54,540 nt of DNA, from assembly GCA_016201015.1 (NCBI GenBank), contig JACQDQ010000115.1:1-54540 (forward strand). Direction: 5' to 3'. The notes beneath the pieces were generated by a model. That model was not told where the DNA came from. It saw nothing but the letters and a program-made list of their open reading frames with translations, and did no database searches. Positions 19,423 through 29,479 of the stretch are shown here, in pieces. Made by a program: the position numbers and the translations under genes. The stretch is from Pseudomonadota bacterium. GTDB lineage: Bacteria; Pseudomonadota; Alphaproteobacteria; CACIAM-22H2. Within the stretch, counting starts at the first letter, position 1. The number at the start of each line of letters is the position of its first letter.

Positions 19423-21519
19423 ATGGCTGCCGGCGCAACGCACTCCATCGGCATCGACATCGGCGGCACGTTCACCGACATCGTGCTGCTCGGTCCGAGC
19501 GGCCCGATCCGGACGCACAAAATTTCCTCGACCGCGGACGACTTCAGCCGCGGGATCGTCACCGGCGTGCGCGAACTGCTCGACGCGGCCGGGCTGGTGC
19601 CCGGCGCGGTGGCGGAGCTGGTGCATGCGACGACGGTGGCGACCAATGCCATACTCGAGCAAAAAGGCGCGCCGACCGCGCTCATCACCACGGCCGGGTT
19701 CCGCGATGTCCTGGAGATGCGCCGCCTGCGCATCCCGGTTCTCTACGATCTGCAATACGACAAGCCGGCGCCGCTGGTGCCGCGACGGCTGCGCTTCGAG
19801 GTACGCGAGCGCATGGGGCCGCGCGGCGAGATTCGCATTCCCCTGGACGAGGCGAGCGTCGAGGCGGCGGCCAAGCAGTTGCAGGCCGCCGGAGTCGAGG
19901 CAGTGGCCATCTGCCTTTTGCATTCCTACGCCAACCCGACGCATGAACGGCGGGTCGCCGACATCGTCCGGCGCCTGGTCGGCGACGACCTCTACATCAC
20001 CTGCTCCGCCGACATTCTGCCGGAAATCCGCGAATACGAGCGCACCAGCACGGCGGTGGTGAACTCCTATGTCGGGCCGGTCGTCCGCCGCTACCTGCGA
20101 TCCCTCGCCAACCGCCTTGCCCAGGCTAATCTCGACGCTCCCATCCGCATCATGCAATCGAACGGCGGCGTGATGACGGCCGGGTCGGCCGGCGACAAGC
20201 CAGCCTGCATCGTCGAGTCGGGACCGGCCGCCGGCGTCATCGCCTGTGCCCGCCTCGCGCGCCACCTCGGCCATGGCAACATCATTTCGTTCGACATGGG
20301 CGGCACCACGGCGAAGGCGGCAATCATCGAGAACGGCGAGCCGGCGAAGACGACCGAGTACGAGGTCGGCGCCGGGATCAACCTCAGCAGCAAGCTGGTC
20401 AAGGGCGGCGGCTACGCCATCAAGCTGCCCTTCATCGATGTCTCGGAGATCGGGGCCGGCGGCGGCAGCATCGTCGCCGTCGATAGCGCCGGGGCACTGA
20501 AGGTTGGGCCGCGCAGTGCCGGCGCGATGCCCGGGCCGGTATGTTACGACATCGGCGGCACCGAGCCGACCTTCACCGACGCGATGGTGGCGCTTGGCTA
20601 TGTCAATCCGGACTATCTCGTCGGCGGCACGGTCCGGCTCAACGCCGACAAGGCGCGCCGTGTTCTCGCCGATCGCATCGCCCGGCCGCTGAACCTTTCG
20701 CTGCTGGATGCGGCGCACGGCATCTATACCATCGCCGCGGCGACGATGACGCGCGCCGTGAAGGCGGTGTCGACCTATCGCGGCCGCGACCCGCGTGACT
20801 TCGCGCTGGTAGCGTTCGGCGGCAATGGGCCGGTGGCCGGCGTCGAGGTTGCCCGCGCGCTGAAGATGAAGCGTGTCCTCGTGCCGCCGGCGCCGGGCGT
20901 ATTCAGCGCCGTCGGCCTGCTGTTTTCGGATATCGAGCATGAGTTTCTGCGCACGTTCTTTCGTCGCACGGACGAGTTGCGGGCGCAGGACGTCGCGGCC
21001 GCGTTCCAGCAGCTCGAAGTGGAGGCGCGGCGTACGCTGCGTCGCGAAGGCCATGCCACCGAGCAGATCGAACTGCGCTGGCTCGCCGATCTTCGCTATA
21101 GCGGGCAGGCATACGAGCTGACCGTCGCGATGCCGCGGAACGGGCTGGACTTCGACGAGATGCATCGCGCGTTCCACGGCGAGCACGAACGCACCTATGG
21201 GCATCGATCGGACGGCGACCCCGTCGACCTCGTAAATGTGAAGGTCCTTGCCCGGGTAGTGCGGCTGGCGGCGCAGCCCTATGAGGGACTGGCCGCCGAG
21301 CCGGCCGGGCCGCAGCAAGACGAGATTCGCCCCCGCGACGCCTATTTCGGCGCGGAGCACGGCACGATTGCCACGCCGCTGCTGCGTCGGCGCGACCTCG
21401 CCGCCGCGCCGATCCAGGGTCCGGCGATCGTCGAGGAGTACGACGCCACCTGCGTGATCCCGCCGGGTTGCCTTGCCTCGCTCGACCGGCTCGGCAACAT
21501 CAATATCGAGTTGGACTGA
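19423..21519 (+). CDS. hyuA: Hydantoinase A / oxoprolinase-family A subunit (module 2)
   Basis: 698 aa. Motifs DIGGTFTD, FDMGGTTAK, SEIGAGGGSI. 69 of 124 hand-aligned N-terminal positions are identical to the module-1 copy. Confidence 0.92.
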   Translation: MAAGATHSIGIDIGGTFTDIVLLGPSGPIRTHKISSTADDFSRGIVTGVRELLDAAGLVPGAVAELVHATTVATNAILEQKGAPTALITTAGFRDVLEMRRLRIPVLYDLQYDKPAPLVPRRLRFEVRERMGPRGEIRIPLDEASVEAAAKQLQAAGVEAVAICLLHSYANPTHERRVADIVRRLVGDDLYITCSADILPEIREYERTSTAVVNSYVGPVVRRYLRSLANRLAQANLDAPIRIMQSNGGVMTAGSAGDKPACIVESGPAAGVIACARLARHLGHGNIISFDMGGTTAKAAIIENGEPAKTTEYEVGAGINLSSKLVKGGGYAIKLPFIDVSEIGAGGGSIVAVDSAGALKVGPRSAGAMPGPVCYDIGGTEPTFTDAMVALGYVNPDYLVGGTVRLNADKARRVLADRIARPLNLSLLDAAHGIYTIAAATMTRAVKAVSTYRGRDPRDFALVAFGGNGPVAGVEVARALKMKRVLVPPAPGVFSAVGLLFSDIEHEFLRTFFRRTDELRAQDVAAAFQQLEVEARRTLRREGHATEQIELRWLADLRYSGQAYELTVAMPRNGLDFDEMHRAFHGEHERTYGHRSDGDPVDLVNVKVLARVVRLAAQPYEGLAAEPAGPQQDEIRPRDAYFGAEHGTIATPLLRRRDLAAAPIQGPAIVEEYDATCVIPPGCLASLDRLGNINIELD

Positions 21520-21524
21520 CGATC

Positions 21525-23297
21525 ATGGAGCGCGCGGTCGACCCCATCACCTTCGAAGTCATCAAGAACGGCCTGTCGTCCGTTGCCGACGAGATGGCGC
21601 TGATCATCATGCGCAGCGCCTATTCGCCGGTGGTCCGCGACTCGATGGACTATTCGACCGCGCTTTGCGATCGCCACGGCCAAATCATCGCCCAGGGCCT
21701 GACCCTGGCGGTGCAGCTCGGCGCTTTCCCCGATGGCATGCACTACATCATGCGCGACGAAGCCGCGAACGCGCGGCCTGGCGACATCTTCATCTTTAAC
21801 GATCCCTACGGTTCCGGCGGCCAGCATCTGCCTGACATCTACGTCATCAAGCCGATCTTCCATGAAGGGCGGATCGAAGGCTATGCCTGCACCATGGCGC
21901 ATCACAGCGATGTCGGCGGCATTGCGCCCGGCAGCACCGCGATCCATGCGACCGACATCCATCAGGAGGGGCTGTGCATCCCCCTGCTGAAGCTGTACGA
22001 CGCCGGCCAACCGAACCGGTCGCTGTTTCGCATCATCGAGAAGAATACCCGACAACCGATTCAGGTCCTCGGCGACCTGAAGGCACAGCTCGCCGCCTGC
22101 GCGACCGGCGAGCGGGGTTATCTGGACCTGTTGCGCCGCCACGGCGCCGAGGCGATGCGACCGTACCTCGAGGAACTGCAGGACCAGGCCGAGCGGATGA
22201 TGCGCGATTTCATCCGCCAGATCCCCGACGGCGCCTATGAGTTTGTCGACTACATCGACGGCGTCGGCGACGATCCCCAGACTCTCCGCATCCAGGTGAA
22301 AGTGACCGTTGCCGGCGACGAAATCGCCATCGACCTGGCGGGCACGTCGCGGCAGGTGGCGGCGGCGATCAACTGTCCGATCGCCATGATCCATTCGGCG
22401 GCCTATTGCGCCATCCGCTGCATCACCAGCCCTGCCATTCCGAATTGCGAGGGGTATATCCGGCCGATCCGCGTGATCGCGCCCGAGGGCACGATCGTCA
22501 ACCCGCTGCCGCCCGCCGCCTGCGCCGCGCGCGGCGTCATGGGCTATCGCGTCTTCGATGCGATCATGGGGGCGCTCGCGCAGGTCGTGCCGAACCGCGT
22601 GATCGCGGCCGGCGAAGGCGGGCCGACGCTGTTCTCGATCGGCGGCACGCAAAACGGCCGCCAGTTCGTGCTGACCGAAGTGATGGTCGGAACCTGGGGC
22701 GCGCGGGCCGGCAAGGACGGCGTCGAGGGCATTTCGAATCCGGCGGCGAATCTGTCCAATCAGCCGGTCGAACTCATCGAGGCGGAACTCCCGCTCGAGG
22801 TCGTCGGTTACGGCCTGGTTGCGGACTCGGGCGGCGCCGGAAAATTCCGCGGCGGCCTCGCGTTTCACCGCGAATTCCGCGTGCTCTGCGACGATGCGAC
22901 GTGCACGACGCGCGCCGACCGGCGCGATCATCGGCCCTACGGCCTGGCGGGCGGCGAGCCCGGCGGCGGATCGCAGAACATCATCAACCCCGGCGCCCAG
23001 CAGACGGGATTGCCGACCATGCCGATGCGGGCCATTCCGCTGCGGCACGGCGATGTCTTCCGCCACATTTCGGCGGGCGGCGGCGGCTATGGCGATCCGC
23101 TCGAGCGCCCGCCGGAGGCGGTGCTGGAGGACGTGCGCGATGAAAAAGTAAGCCTCGCGGCGGCACGCGAGCGCTACGGCGTGGTCATCGACCCGAAGCG
23201 GCTGACCGTCGATCGCGAGGCGACGGCGCAGCGCCGGCAGACCATGCGCAAAGCGGCCAAGCCCGCGCCAGCGCAAGCCTTGCAGGCGGCCAAATGA
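21525..23297 (+). CDS. hyuB: Hydantoinase B / oxoprolinase-family B subunit (module 2)
   Basis: Track ORF trimmed to Met20 (MERAVDPITFEVIKNG). Motifs FNDPYGSGGQHLPDIY, DSGGAGKFRGGLA, GGGGYGDP. Confidence 0.9.
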   Translation: MERAVDPITFEVIKNGLSSVADEMALIIMRSAYSPVVRDSMDYSTALCDRHGQIIAQGLTLAVQLGAFPDGMHYIMRDEAANARPGDIFIFNDPYGSGGQHLPDIYVIKPIFHEGRIEGYACTMAHHSDVGGIAPGSTAIHATDIHQEGLCIPLLKLYDAGQPNRSLFRIIEKNTRQPIQVLGDLKAQLAACATGERGYLDLLRRHGAEAMRPYLEELQDQAERMMRDFIRQIPDGAYEFVDYIDGVGDDPQTLRIQVKVTVAGDEIAIDLAGTSRQVAAAINCPIAMIHSAAYCAIRCITSPAIPNCEGYIRPIRVIAPEGTIVNPLPPAACAARGVMGYRVFDAIMGALAQVVPNRVIAAGEGGPTLFSIGGTQNGRQFVLTEVMVGTWGARAGKDGVEGISNPAANLSNQPVELIEAELPLEVVGYGLVADSGGAGKFRGGLAFHREFRVLCDDATCTTRADRRDHRPYGLAGGEPGGGSQNIINPGAQQTGLPTMPMRAIPLRHGDVFRHISAGGGGYGDPLERPPEAVLEDVRDEKVSLAAARERYGVVIDPKRLTVDREATAQRRQTMRKAAKPAPAQALQAAK

Positions 23298-24883
23298 GCT
23301 TCGACGTCGTCATCCGCAACGGCACGTTGATCGACGGAACCGGCGCGCGACCGATCCGCGCCGATCTCGCGATTGTGGGCGAGCGTATTGCCGCCATCGG
23401 CGAGATTGGCGAGCGCGGGCTTGCCGAGCTCGACGCCGACGGCAAGTATGTCGCCCCCGGCTTCATCGACATCCATAGCCATTCGGACTACACGCTGCTG
23501 GTCGATCCGCGGGCGGTGAGCGCCATTCGGCAGGGCGTGACGCTCGAGGTGATCGGCAATTGCGGCTTCGGCTGCGCGCCCATTCGCGATCCGGCGCTGG
23601 CCAAGAGCAGCATCTACGGCTTCGACGGGTCCATCCCGCTCGCCTGGCGCTCGATGGGCGAATACCTCGAGCGTCTCGACGCCGCGGCGCCGGCGGTCAA
23701 CGTGATCACGCTGGTGCCCAATGCCCAGCTCCGCCTTTCGACGGTGGGCATGCGCGATCGCCCGGCCGACCGGGACGATCTGGCGCGCATGAAAGACCTG
23801 CTGAGCGAAGGACTCGGCGAGGGCGCGTTCGGCTATTCGACCGGGCTTGAATACGGGGCGGAGCGCGGCGCCAGCGAGGCGGAACTATCGGAGCTCTGTC
23901 GGGTGGTGCGCCGCGCCGACGGTCTTTACGCCACGCACACGCGCGACCGCGATCACCATGCCATCGACGCGATCGACGAGGCGATCCGCACCGCGGAAGC
24001 GAGCGATGTCCGCCTGCAGATCTCGCATCTGCTGCCGCGGATGATCGGCGATGGCGTCGCCGAGCGGGCGGTCGAAGCGGTCGAGCGGGCGGCCAGCCGT
24101 GGCCTGGACATCGCCTTTGACATGCACACGCGCCTGTTCGGCACGACCTACCTGAATACGATACTGCCGAACTGGGCACATGAGGACGGGCGGGAGGCGC
24201 TGGCCGCCCATCTCCGCTCGCCGGACAGTCGGGCGCGCATGCGAGACTACCGCAGCATCGTCGCCGGCGGCGGATGGGAGCGCGTGGTGCTGCTGGACAA
24301 CCCCGCATTTCCGGAATTCTCGCGGCGGAGTCTCGGCGAGATCGGCCGTTCGCTCGGGCGCGATCCGCACGACGTGGCGTTCGATATCCTACTGACCGAG
24401 ATCGATCAGCTTCATCGGCCGATGGTCATCATCCTCTGCTATACGGAAGACGATCAGGCGCAGATCTTTCGTCACCCGAAATGCATGCCGGGTTCCGATG
24501 CGACCACCATGGCCCCCGACGGCCCGCTGGCGCGCGCGGTCTTCCACGGCGCCTACTCGTGGGCGGCCTGGTTTTACAGCTTCATGGTGCGTCGCCGGCG
24601 GGTGCTCTCGCCCGCGGAGGCGATCCATCGTCTGACCGGGCTTCCGGCGCGGACGCTGCGGCTCGACGATCGCGGCGTGCTGCGCCGCGGCGCCCATGCC
24701 GACGTCGCGGTGTTCGACCCCGAGCAATTCGGCGAGCGCAGCACCACGTTCGAGCCGAATCAACTGGCGCAAGGCATGCACCACGTCGTCGTCAATGGCG
24801 TCGTCACCCTGCACGCCGGCGAACCGACCGGACGACGCGCCGGCCGCGTCATTCGCCGCGCCGGACCGCGGATGGCGATCTGA
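23294..24883 (+). CDS. D-aminoacylase-family metal amidohydrolase, module 2
   Basis: MSFDVVIRNGTLIDGTG. Motifs FIDIHSHSD, GNCG, THTRD, SHLLPR. ATGA overlap with hyuB-2. Confidence 0.87.
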   Translation: MSFDVVIRNGTLIDGTGARPIRADLAIVGERIAAIGEIGERGLAELDADGKYVAPGFIDIHSHSDYTLLVDPRAVSAIRQGVTLEVIGNCGFGCAPIRDPALAKSSIYGFDGSIPLAWRSMGEYLERLDAAAPAVNVITLVPNAQLRLSTVGMRDRPADRDDLARMKDLLSEGLGEGAFGYSTGLEYGAERGASEAELSELCRVVRRADGLYATHTRDRDHHAIDAIDEAIRTAEASDVRLQISHLLPRMIGDGVAERAVEAVERAASRGLDIAFDMHTRLFGTTYLNTILPNWAHEDGREALAAHLRSPDSRARMRDYRSIVAGGGWERVVLLDNPAFPEFSRRSLGEIGRSLGRDPHDVAFDILLTEIDQLHRPMVIILCYTEDDQAQIFRHPKCMPGSDATTMAPDGPLARAVFHGAYSWAAWFYSFMVRRRRVLSPAEAIHRLTGLPARTLRLDDRGVLRRGAHADVAVFDPEQFGERSTTFEPNQLAQGMHHVVVNGVVTLHAGEPTGRRAGRVIRRAGPRMAI

Positions 24884-24999
24884 TGGAAATTCGGCGCACA
24901 GCTTCGGCATCACATACGACCCGGCATCGCGGCCAGCCGTTGGCCTCGGCATCGGGAAGGGGCATTGCAACGGCAGGCAGTCAAACGGGAGGTAATGGG

Positions 25000-26001
25000 A
25001 TGAATACCACCATGCGTCACATGCTGGCGGGCGGCGCCGTTGCCGTCGCGCTTGCACTCGGCGGCTCGGCATCGGCCCAGACGATCGTGATGAAGCTGGG
25101 GACGGTCGACGCCGAGAAGAGCCACTCGGGCGTCGGGTCGGAGGCATTCGCGCGCGAGGTCGAGCAACTGAGCAAGGGGACGATGAAGGTCGAGGTGTTT
25201 CACGCCGGCAAGCTCGGCGGCATCCCGGCGCAGATCGCCAACGTGTTCAGCGGATCGCAGGACATGCATCTGCTGTACCCGGAATTTCTGAGTAACTTTG
25301 CGCCGGAAGCGAAGTTGATCTCGCTGCCGTACCTGTTCGACAACCTCGAGCACCTCCAGCGCTTCTATAAGAGCGAATTGTGGAAGCCGGCGATCGACAA
25401 GCTGGACAGCCAAGGCGCGGTGCTCCTCGACAAGGACTGGACCTGGATGATCCGCGACCCGCGCGGCCTCATCTCGGTCAAGCCGGTGTTCGCGCCCGAC
25501 GACATGAAGGGCTTCAAGCTGCGCATTTGGGAGGACAAGTCGGCGATCGAAACCTGGCGCGGCTTCGGCGCGATCACGACCGTTGTGCCGCGGCCGGAAA
25601 TGTATCTGGCATTCAAGCAGGGGATCATCCAAGGCGGACCCGAGACGATCGGCATCGCCTACGACCAGAAGAACGTCGAAGTCGCCAAGTACTGGACCCG
25701 CACCGAGGAGTACTACCAGATCATCAATGTGATGATAAACAAGCGGAAATACGAGTCGCTGACGCCGGATCAGCGGATGATCCTGGCGACGGCGGCGAAG
25801 AATGCCGCCAAGGTGTTCGTCCAGGAGACCCTCAACGGCTACGCCGACAAGAAGGAGAAGGCGCGCACGGAATTCGGCGTGACCGCCATCGAACCGCCAT
25901 TGGCGCCGTGGCGCGAGAAGGGCGCCGCGACGGTTGCGCGGCTCCTCGCCGAGAACTACGTGCCGGCGACGCTCATCGAGAAGGTGCGGGCGCTCAAATA
26001 G
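25000..26001 (+). CDS. dctP: TRAP transporter substrate-binding protein (DctP family), module 2
   Basis: Track ORF 24274..26001 trimmed to Met243 (MNTTMRHMLAGGAVAVALALGGSASA-QT signal peptide). GGGAGG RBS 8 nt upstream. Confidence 0.88.
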   Translation: MNTTMRHMLAGGAVAVALALGGSASAQTIVMKLGTVDAEKSHSGVGSEAFAREVEQLSKGTMKVEVFHAGKLGGIPAQIANVFSGSQDMHLLYPEFLSNFAPEAKLISLPYLFDNLEHLQRFYKSELWKPAIDKLDSQGAVLLDKDWTWMIRDPRGLISVKPVFAPDDMKGFKLRIWEDKSAIETWRGFGAITTVVPRPEMYLAFKQGIIQGGPETIGIAYDQKNVEVAKYWTRTEEYYQIINVMINKRKYESLTPDQRMILATAAKNAAKVFVQETLNGYADKKEKARTEFGVTAIEPPLAPWREKGAATVARLLAENYVPATLIEKVRALK

Positions 26002-26064
26002 TCCGATCGAGCGGGCGGGGCCTTCCGCCCCGCCCGTGCTCCGCAGCATGGCAATGAGGGGGTA

Positions 26065-26607
26065 ATGGCCGACGCCTCGCCCGCGTGGGACCGAGTGGCG
26101 CAGGCCTATCTATCGGCGTCGCGGGTCGCGATTCTCGCCGCGGCGCTGGTCATGTTCGTCATCATGGTCGCCGCGAACGCCTTCAACATGACCGTGCGCA
26201 CGCTGTCCCTGGGCGATGTCCTCTGGCACCAGGAGATCTCGATCCTGGCGGCCATGTGGGTGTATTTCGCCGCCTACGCGCTGATCGGCAAGGAGGACGC
26301 GTATATTCGCGTCGAGTTTCTCGTCGACCTCCTGCCGCAGCGCATCAACCGGACAATCCAAATCCTGGTGCGCGTCGTCACCATCGTCTTCCAGGGCGCG
26401 GTGGTGGTGCTCACTTGGCGGGCGCTCAAGGTCGTCTCCGTGTTCCAGACGCATATCCTCGAGTGGCCGGAGTACTTCTTCTACATTCCTCTGCTCGTCG
26501 CAGGGGTCGACATCGCGCTCACCGAATGCATCCATCTCGCGCGGGCGCTGGCCGGCCGTTCGCGCGAGAGGCTCAGCCCGCGAAATCTCATCGGCACGGG
26601 ATCGTAG
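26065..26607 (+). CDS. dctQ: TRAP transporter small permease (DctQ family), module 2
   Basis: 180 aa, four hydrophobic spans, located between the DctP and DctM genes. Confidence 0.85.
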   Translation: MADASPAWDRVAQAYLSASRVAILAAALVMFVIMVAANAFNMTVRTLSLGDVLWHQEISILAAMWVYFAAYALIGKEDAYIRVEFLVDLLPQRINRTIQILVRVVTIVFQGAVVVLTWRALKVVSVFQTHILEWPEYFFYIPLLVAGVDIALTECIHLARALAGRSRERLSPRNLIGTGS

Positions 26608-26608
26608 C

Positions 26609-27892
26609 GTGTCGTCGCTGGCGATGATGGCCGTGTTCCTCGCCCTGCTGCTGCTGCGGGTGCCGGTTTGCGCGGCGATGGGATTTGGCGCGATGACCGG
26701 CTTGGGGCTGCTCGGTCTGCCGCTGAGCACGATGGCGCGCTACATGATCGAGGACGTCCGCGCGGTGCCGCTGCTCGCCATTCCCTTCTTCGTCCTCGCC
26801 GCCTCCGTCATGAACGAGATGGGGGTTACGCGGCGCATCTTCGAGTTCGCCAACAATCTGGTCGGCGGGATGCGCGGCGGCCTGGCGCAGGTGGCGATCG
26901 TCTCCAACGTCGTCTTCGCCGGCATCTCCGGCTCGGCGCTGGCGGACATCGCCGGTCTCGGCTCGATCATCATCAACGCGATGACGCGGCACGGCTATCG
27001 CATCGAGTTCGCGGCGGCGATCGTCGTCGCGGCGTCGGTGGTGGCGCCGATCATTCCGCCGTCAATCATGTTCATCATCTACGCGGTGATGATGAACGTC
27101 TCGATCGGCAAGCTGTTCGTCGCCGGCATCGTTCCCGGCCTGATGATCGGCGCCGTGCTGATGATCACGGTCTGGCTGTTCGCCGCGCTGCGGCTGCACC
27201 GCTTTCCCGATCCGACGCCCGGCACCCTGCGCGGTCTCATTCGCTCGGCGGCGAGCGGAGCGCCGGCCATTCTCTCGCCGGCGATCATCCTGGCCGGCAT
27301 GGTCGGCGGTATCGCGACGCCGACCGAGGCGGGCGTACTCGCCGTGCTGTATTCGCTGCTTCTCGGCGTTCTCTACCGCGAGCTTTCGTGGGCGCGCCTG
27401 TACCGGGCTCTCGAGTCGTCGACCAAGACGACGGCCATGATCATGTATCTGACCGGCATCGGCTCGGTCATGGCGTTCGTGATTACGTCCGAGCAGGCCG
27501 CGGAGCAGATCGCGCGCTATCTGCTTCAGCTGACGGATCAGACATGGATCCTCCTGCTGTTGATCAATTTGATCCTGTTGATCCTGGGATGCGTCCTGGA
27601 GACCGTCCCAGCCATGCTCATCTCCATCCCGATCCTTGGCCCGGTGGCAGTCAGGCTCGGCATGGATCCGTTACAATTCGGCGTCGTTCTGAGTCTCAAT
27701 CTGCTCATCGGCATCATGACTCCGCCGATCGGTCTCGGGCTGTTCGCCATCTGCGCAATGACCGGATTGAAGCTCGAGAAGGTGGTTTACGCCTGCCTCG
27801 CGTTCATTCCGACGCTTGTCATCGCCCTTCTCATACTCACCTACGTGCCGTCGCTGTCGACATGGCTCCCGGGTCTTCTCTTCCGGGACTAG
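26609..27892 (+). CDS. dctM: TRAP transporter large permease (DctM family), module 2
   Basis: 427 aa. GTG start 1 nt after the dctQ stop. Motifs AIPFFVLAASVMN, GISGSALADIAGLG, TPPIGLGLF. Confidence 0.92.
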   Translation: MSSLAMMAVFLALLLLRVPVCAAMGFGAMTGLGLLGLPLSTMARYMIEDVRAVPLLAIPFFVLAASVMNEMGVTRRIFEFANNLVGGMRGGLAQVAIVSNVVFAGISGSALADIAGLGSIIINAMTRHGYRIEFAAAIVVAASVVAPIIPPSIMFIIYAVMMNVSIGKLFVAGIVPGLMIGAVLMITVWLFAALRLHRFPDPTPGTLRGLIRSAASGAPAILSPAIILAGMVGGIATPTEAGVLAVLYSLLLGVLYRELSWARLYRALESSTKTTAMIMYLTGIGSVMAFVITSEQAAEQIARYLLQLTDQTWILLLLINLILLILGCVLETVPAMLISIPILGPVAVRLGMDPLQFGVVLSLNLLIGIMTPPIGLGLFAICAMTGLKLEKVVYACLAFIPTLVIALLILTYVPSLSTWLPGLLFRD

Positions 27893-27954
27893 GCGGCTCG
27901 GCCGCAAGTGACCTAAGATCGTCGTCCCGATCGCAGCCCTTGCGGCTTTCATCA

Positions 27955-29433
27955 ATGTCTTTCTCTCCGGCCGAGATCCGCGCCATCGTCGTCGGCGCCC
28001 TGCTGGCGATGTTCCTCTCGGCACTCGACCAGACCGTCGTCGCCATCGCGCTGCCGCCGATCGCGGCCGATCTCGGCGACTTCACCCTGATTTCATGGGT
28101 CGTCACGTCCTATCTGCTGACGTCGACCTGCGTCATGCCGATTGTCGGCAAGCTCAGCGACCTTTACGGCCGGCGGCCGATGCTCAGAATATGCCTGATC
28201 ATCTTCATGGCGAGCTCCGCGCTCTGCGCGTTGGCGCCCGGCATGATCCCGCTGATCCTCGCCCGCGCGCTACAGGGCATCGGCGGCGGCGGCATCGTAA
28301 CGCTTGCCCAGACGATCATCGGCGACGTCGTCGCGCCGCGCGAGCGCGGCCGCTACGCCGTCTATATCACGTCGGTGTGGGTGGTCTCCGCACTGCTCGG
28401 CCCGATGCTCGGCGGCGTCCTCACCGAGTATTACGGCTGGCCATGGATCTTCTGGATCAATCTGCCGCTTGGTCTGGCCGCGCTCCTTGCCACCGATCGC
28501 GCTCTGCGCAAACTGCCGATCGATCCTCGGCGCTCGCCGATCGACTATGCCAGCATCGCGCTTCTCTGCAGCGCCACGGTCGCGCTGCTCCTGATCCTCT
28601 CGCTCGGCGGCAAGCGGCTGCCATGGACGGCGCCGGCGATGCTGGCGTTCGGCGTCGCGACATTGATCCTGGCAGGCCTCTTCGTCCGGCGGCAGCTGCG
28701 CGCGCCGGAGCCGATCCTGCCGCCGCGTTTCCTTCGCGACCGCGTCATCGCGCCGCTGCTGGCCGCGAGCTTCATCGTCTTCGGCGCCTACATCGTCATC
28801 GCCGTCATGGTCCCGGTCTATTTTCAGGTTGCGCTTGGCCTGCCGGTGAGCGAGGCCAGCCTGTTGATGATTCCGCTGATGCTGTCGAGCACGGTGACAT
28901 CCGGTCTCTCCGGACGCTATTCGCGGCGCACTGGCCGCTACAAGCTGCCGCCGATCGTCGGCTTGCCCGTCACCATCGCAGCGTTGATCGTTCTTGCCGT
29001 ACTCGCCGAGCGCCTGTCGGCGCCCACCGCTGCCGTCCTGTTCATGGTCGCCGGCCTCGGCCTAGGCCCGTTCTTCCCGTGCAGTACCGTCGCCGCGCAG
29101 AACGCGGTCGAGCGGCACGATCTCGGCGCCGTCAGCGGCGCGGTCGGCTTCTCGCGGACGCTGGGCGGCGCCATCGCTATCGCTGCCGGCTCGGCGCTCG
29201 TTCTCGGTCTCGTCTCCGGCGCGCTGCCCGACAGCGGGCACCCAGCCAGCCTCGAAGATCTCGCGCGGAGTTCGCTGTCACCTGAAGCCCGCGCCGTCCT
29301 CGCCCGGTCGTTCGGCGTCCTATTCGGCGCGTCGGCGGCCGCCTTCGTGATCGGCTTGGCGATCTTCGCGCGCGTCGAGGATCGCCCGCTGCGCGGCCAG
29401 CCAGCCGCCAGCGTGGCTCGTGCGGCCGACTGA
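27955..29433 (+). CDS. MFS transporter, DHA2 (EmrB/QacA-like, 14-TM) family
   Basis: Track ORF 26668..29433 trimmed to Met430 (MSFSPAEIRAIVVGALLAMFLSALDQTVV). MFS motif A GKLSDLYGRRPM. About 14 hydrophobic spans. Confidence 0.85.
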   Translation: MSFSPAEIRAIVVGALLAMFLSALDQTVVAIALPPIAADLGDFTLISWVVTSYLLTSTCVMPIVGKLSDLYGRRPMLRICLIIFMASSALCALAPGMIPLILARALQGIGGGGIVTLAQTIIGDVVAPRERGRYAVYITSVWVVSALLGPMLGGVLTEYYGWPWIFWINLPLGLAALLATDRALRKLPIDPRRSPIDYASIALLCSATVALLLILSLGGKRLPWTAPAMLAFGVATLILAGLFVRRQLRAPEPILPPRFLRDRVIAPLLAASFIVFGAYIVIAVMVPVYFQVALGLPVSEASLLMIPLMLSSTVTSGLSGRYSRRTGRYKLPPIVGLPVTIAALIVLAVLAERLSAPTAAVLFMVAGLGLGPFFPCSTVAAQNAVERHDLGAVSGAVGFSRTLGGAIAIAAGSALVLGLVSGALPDSGHPASLEDLARSSLSPEARAVLARSFGVLFGASAAAFVIGLAIFARVEDRPLRGQPAASVARAAD

Positions 29434-29479
29434 TCCGTCCCGGCCGGACCCGCGATCCGATCTGCGCCGTCGAACGGGT

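Noticed and set aside
8863-27892. Recent tandem duplication or assembly artefact as the explanation for the two TRAP/hyu modules
   Set aside because: The copies are only about half identical at the protein level (69/124 in the hand-aligned HyuA N-termini). Their gene order is permuted and the binding proteins are highly diverged. This is an ancient paralogy or an independent acquisition, not a recent repeat.
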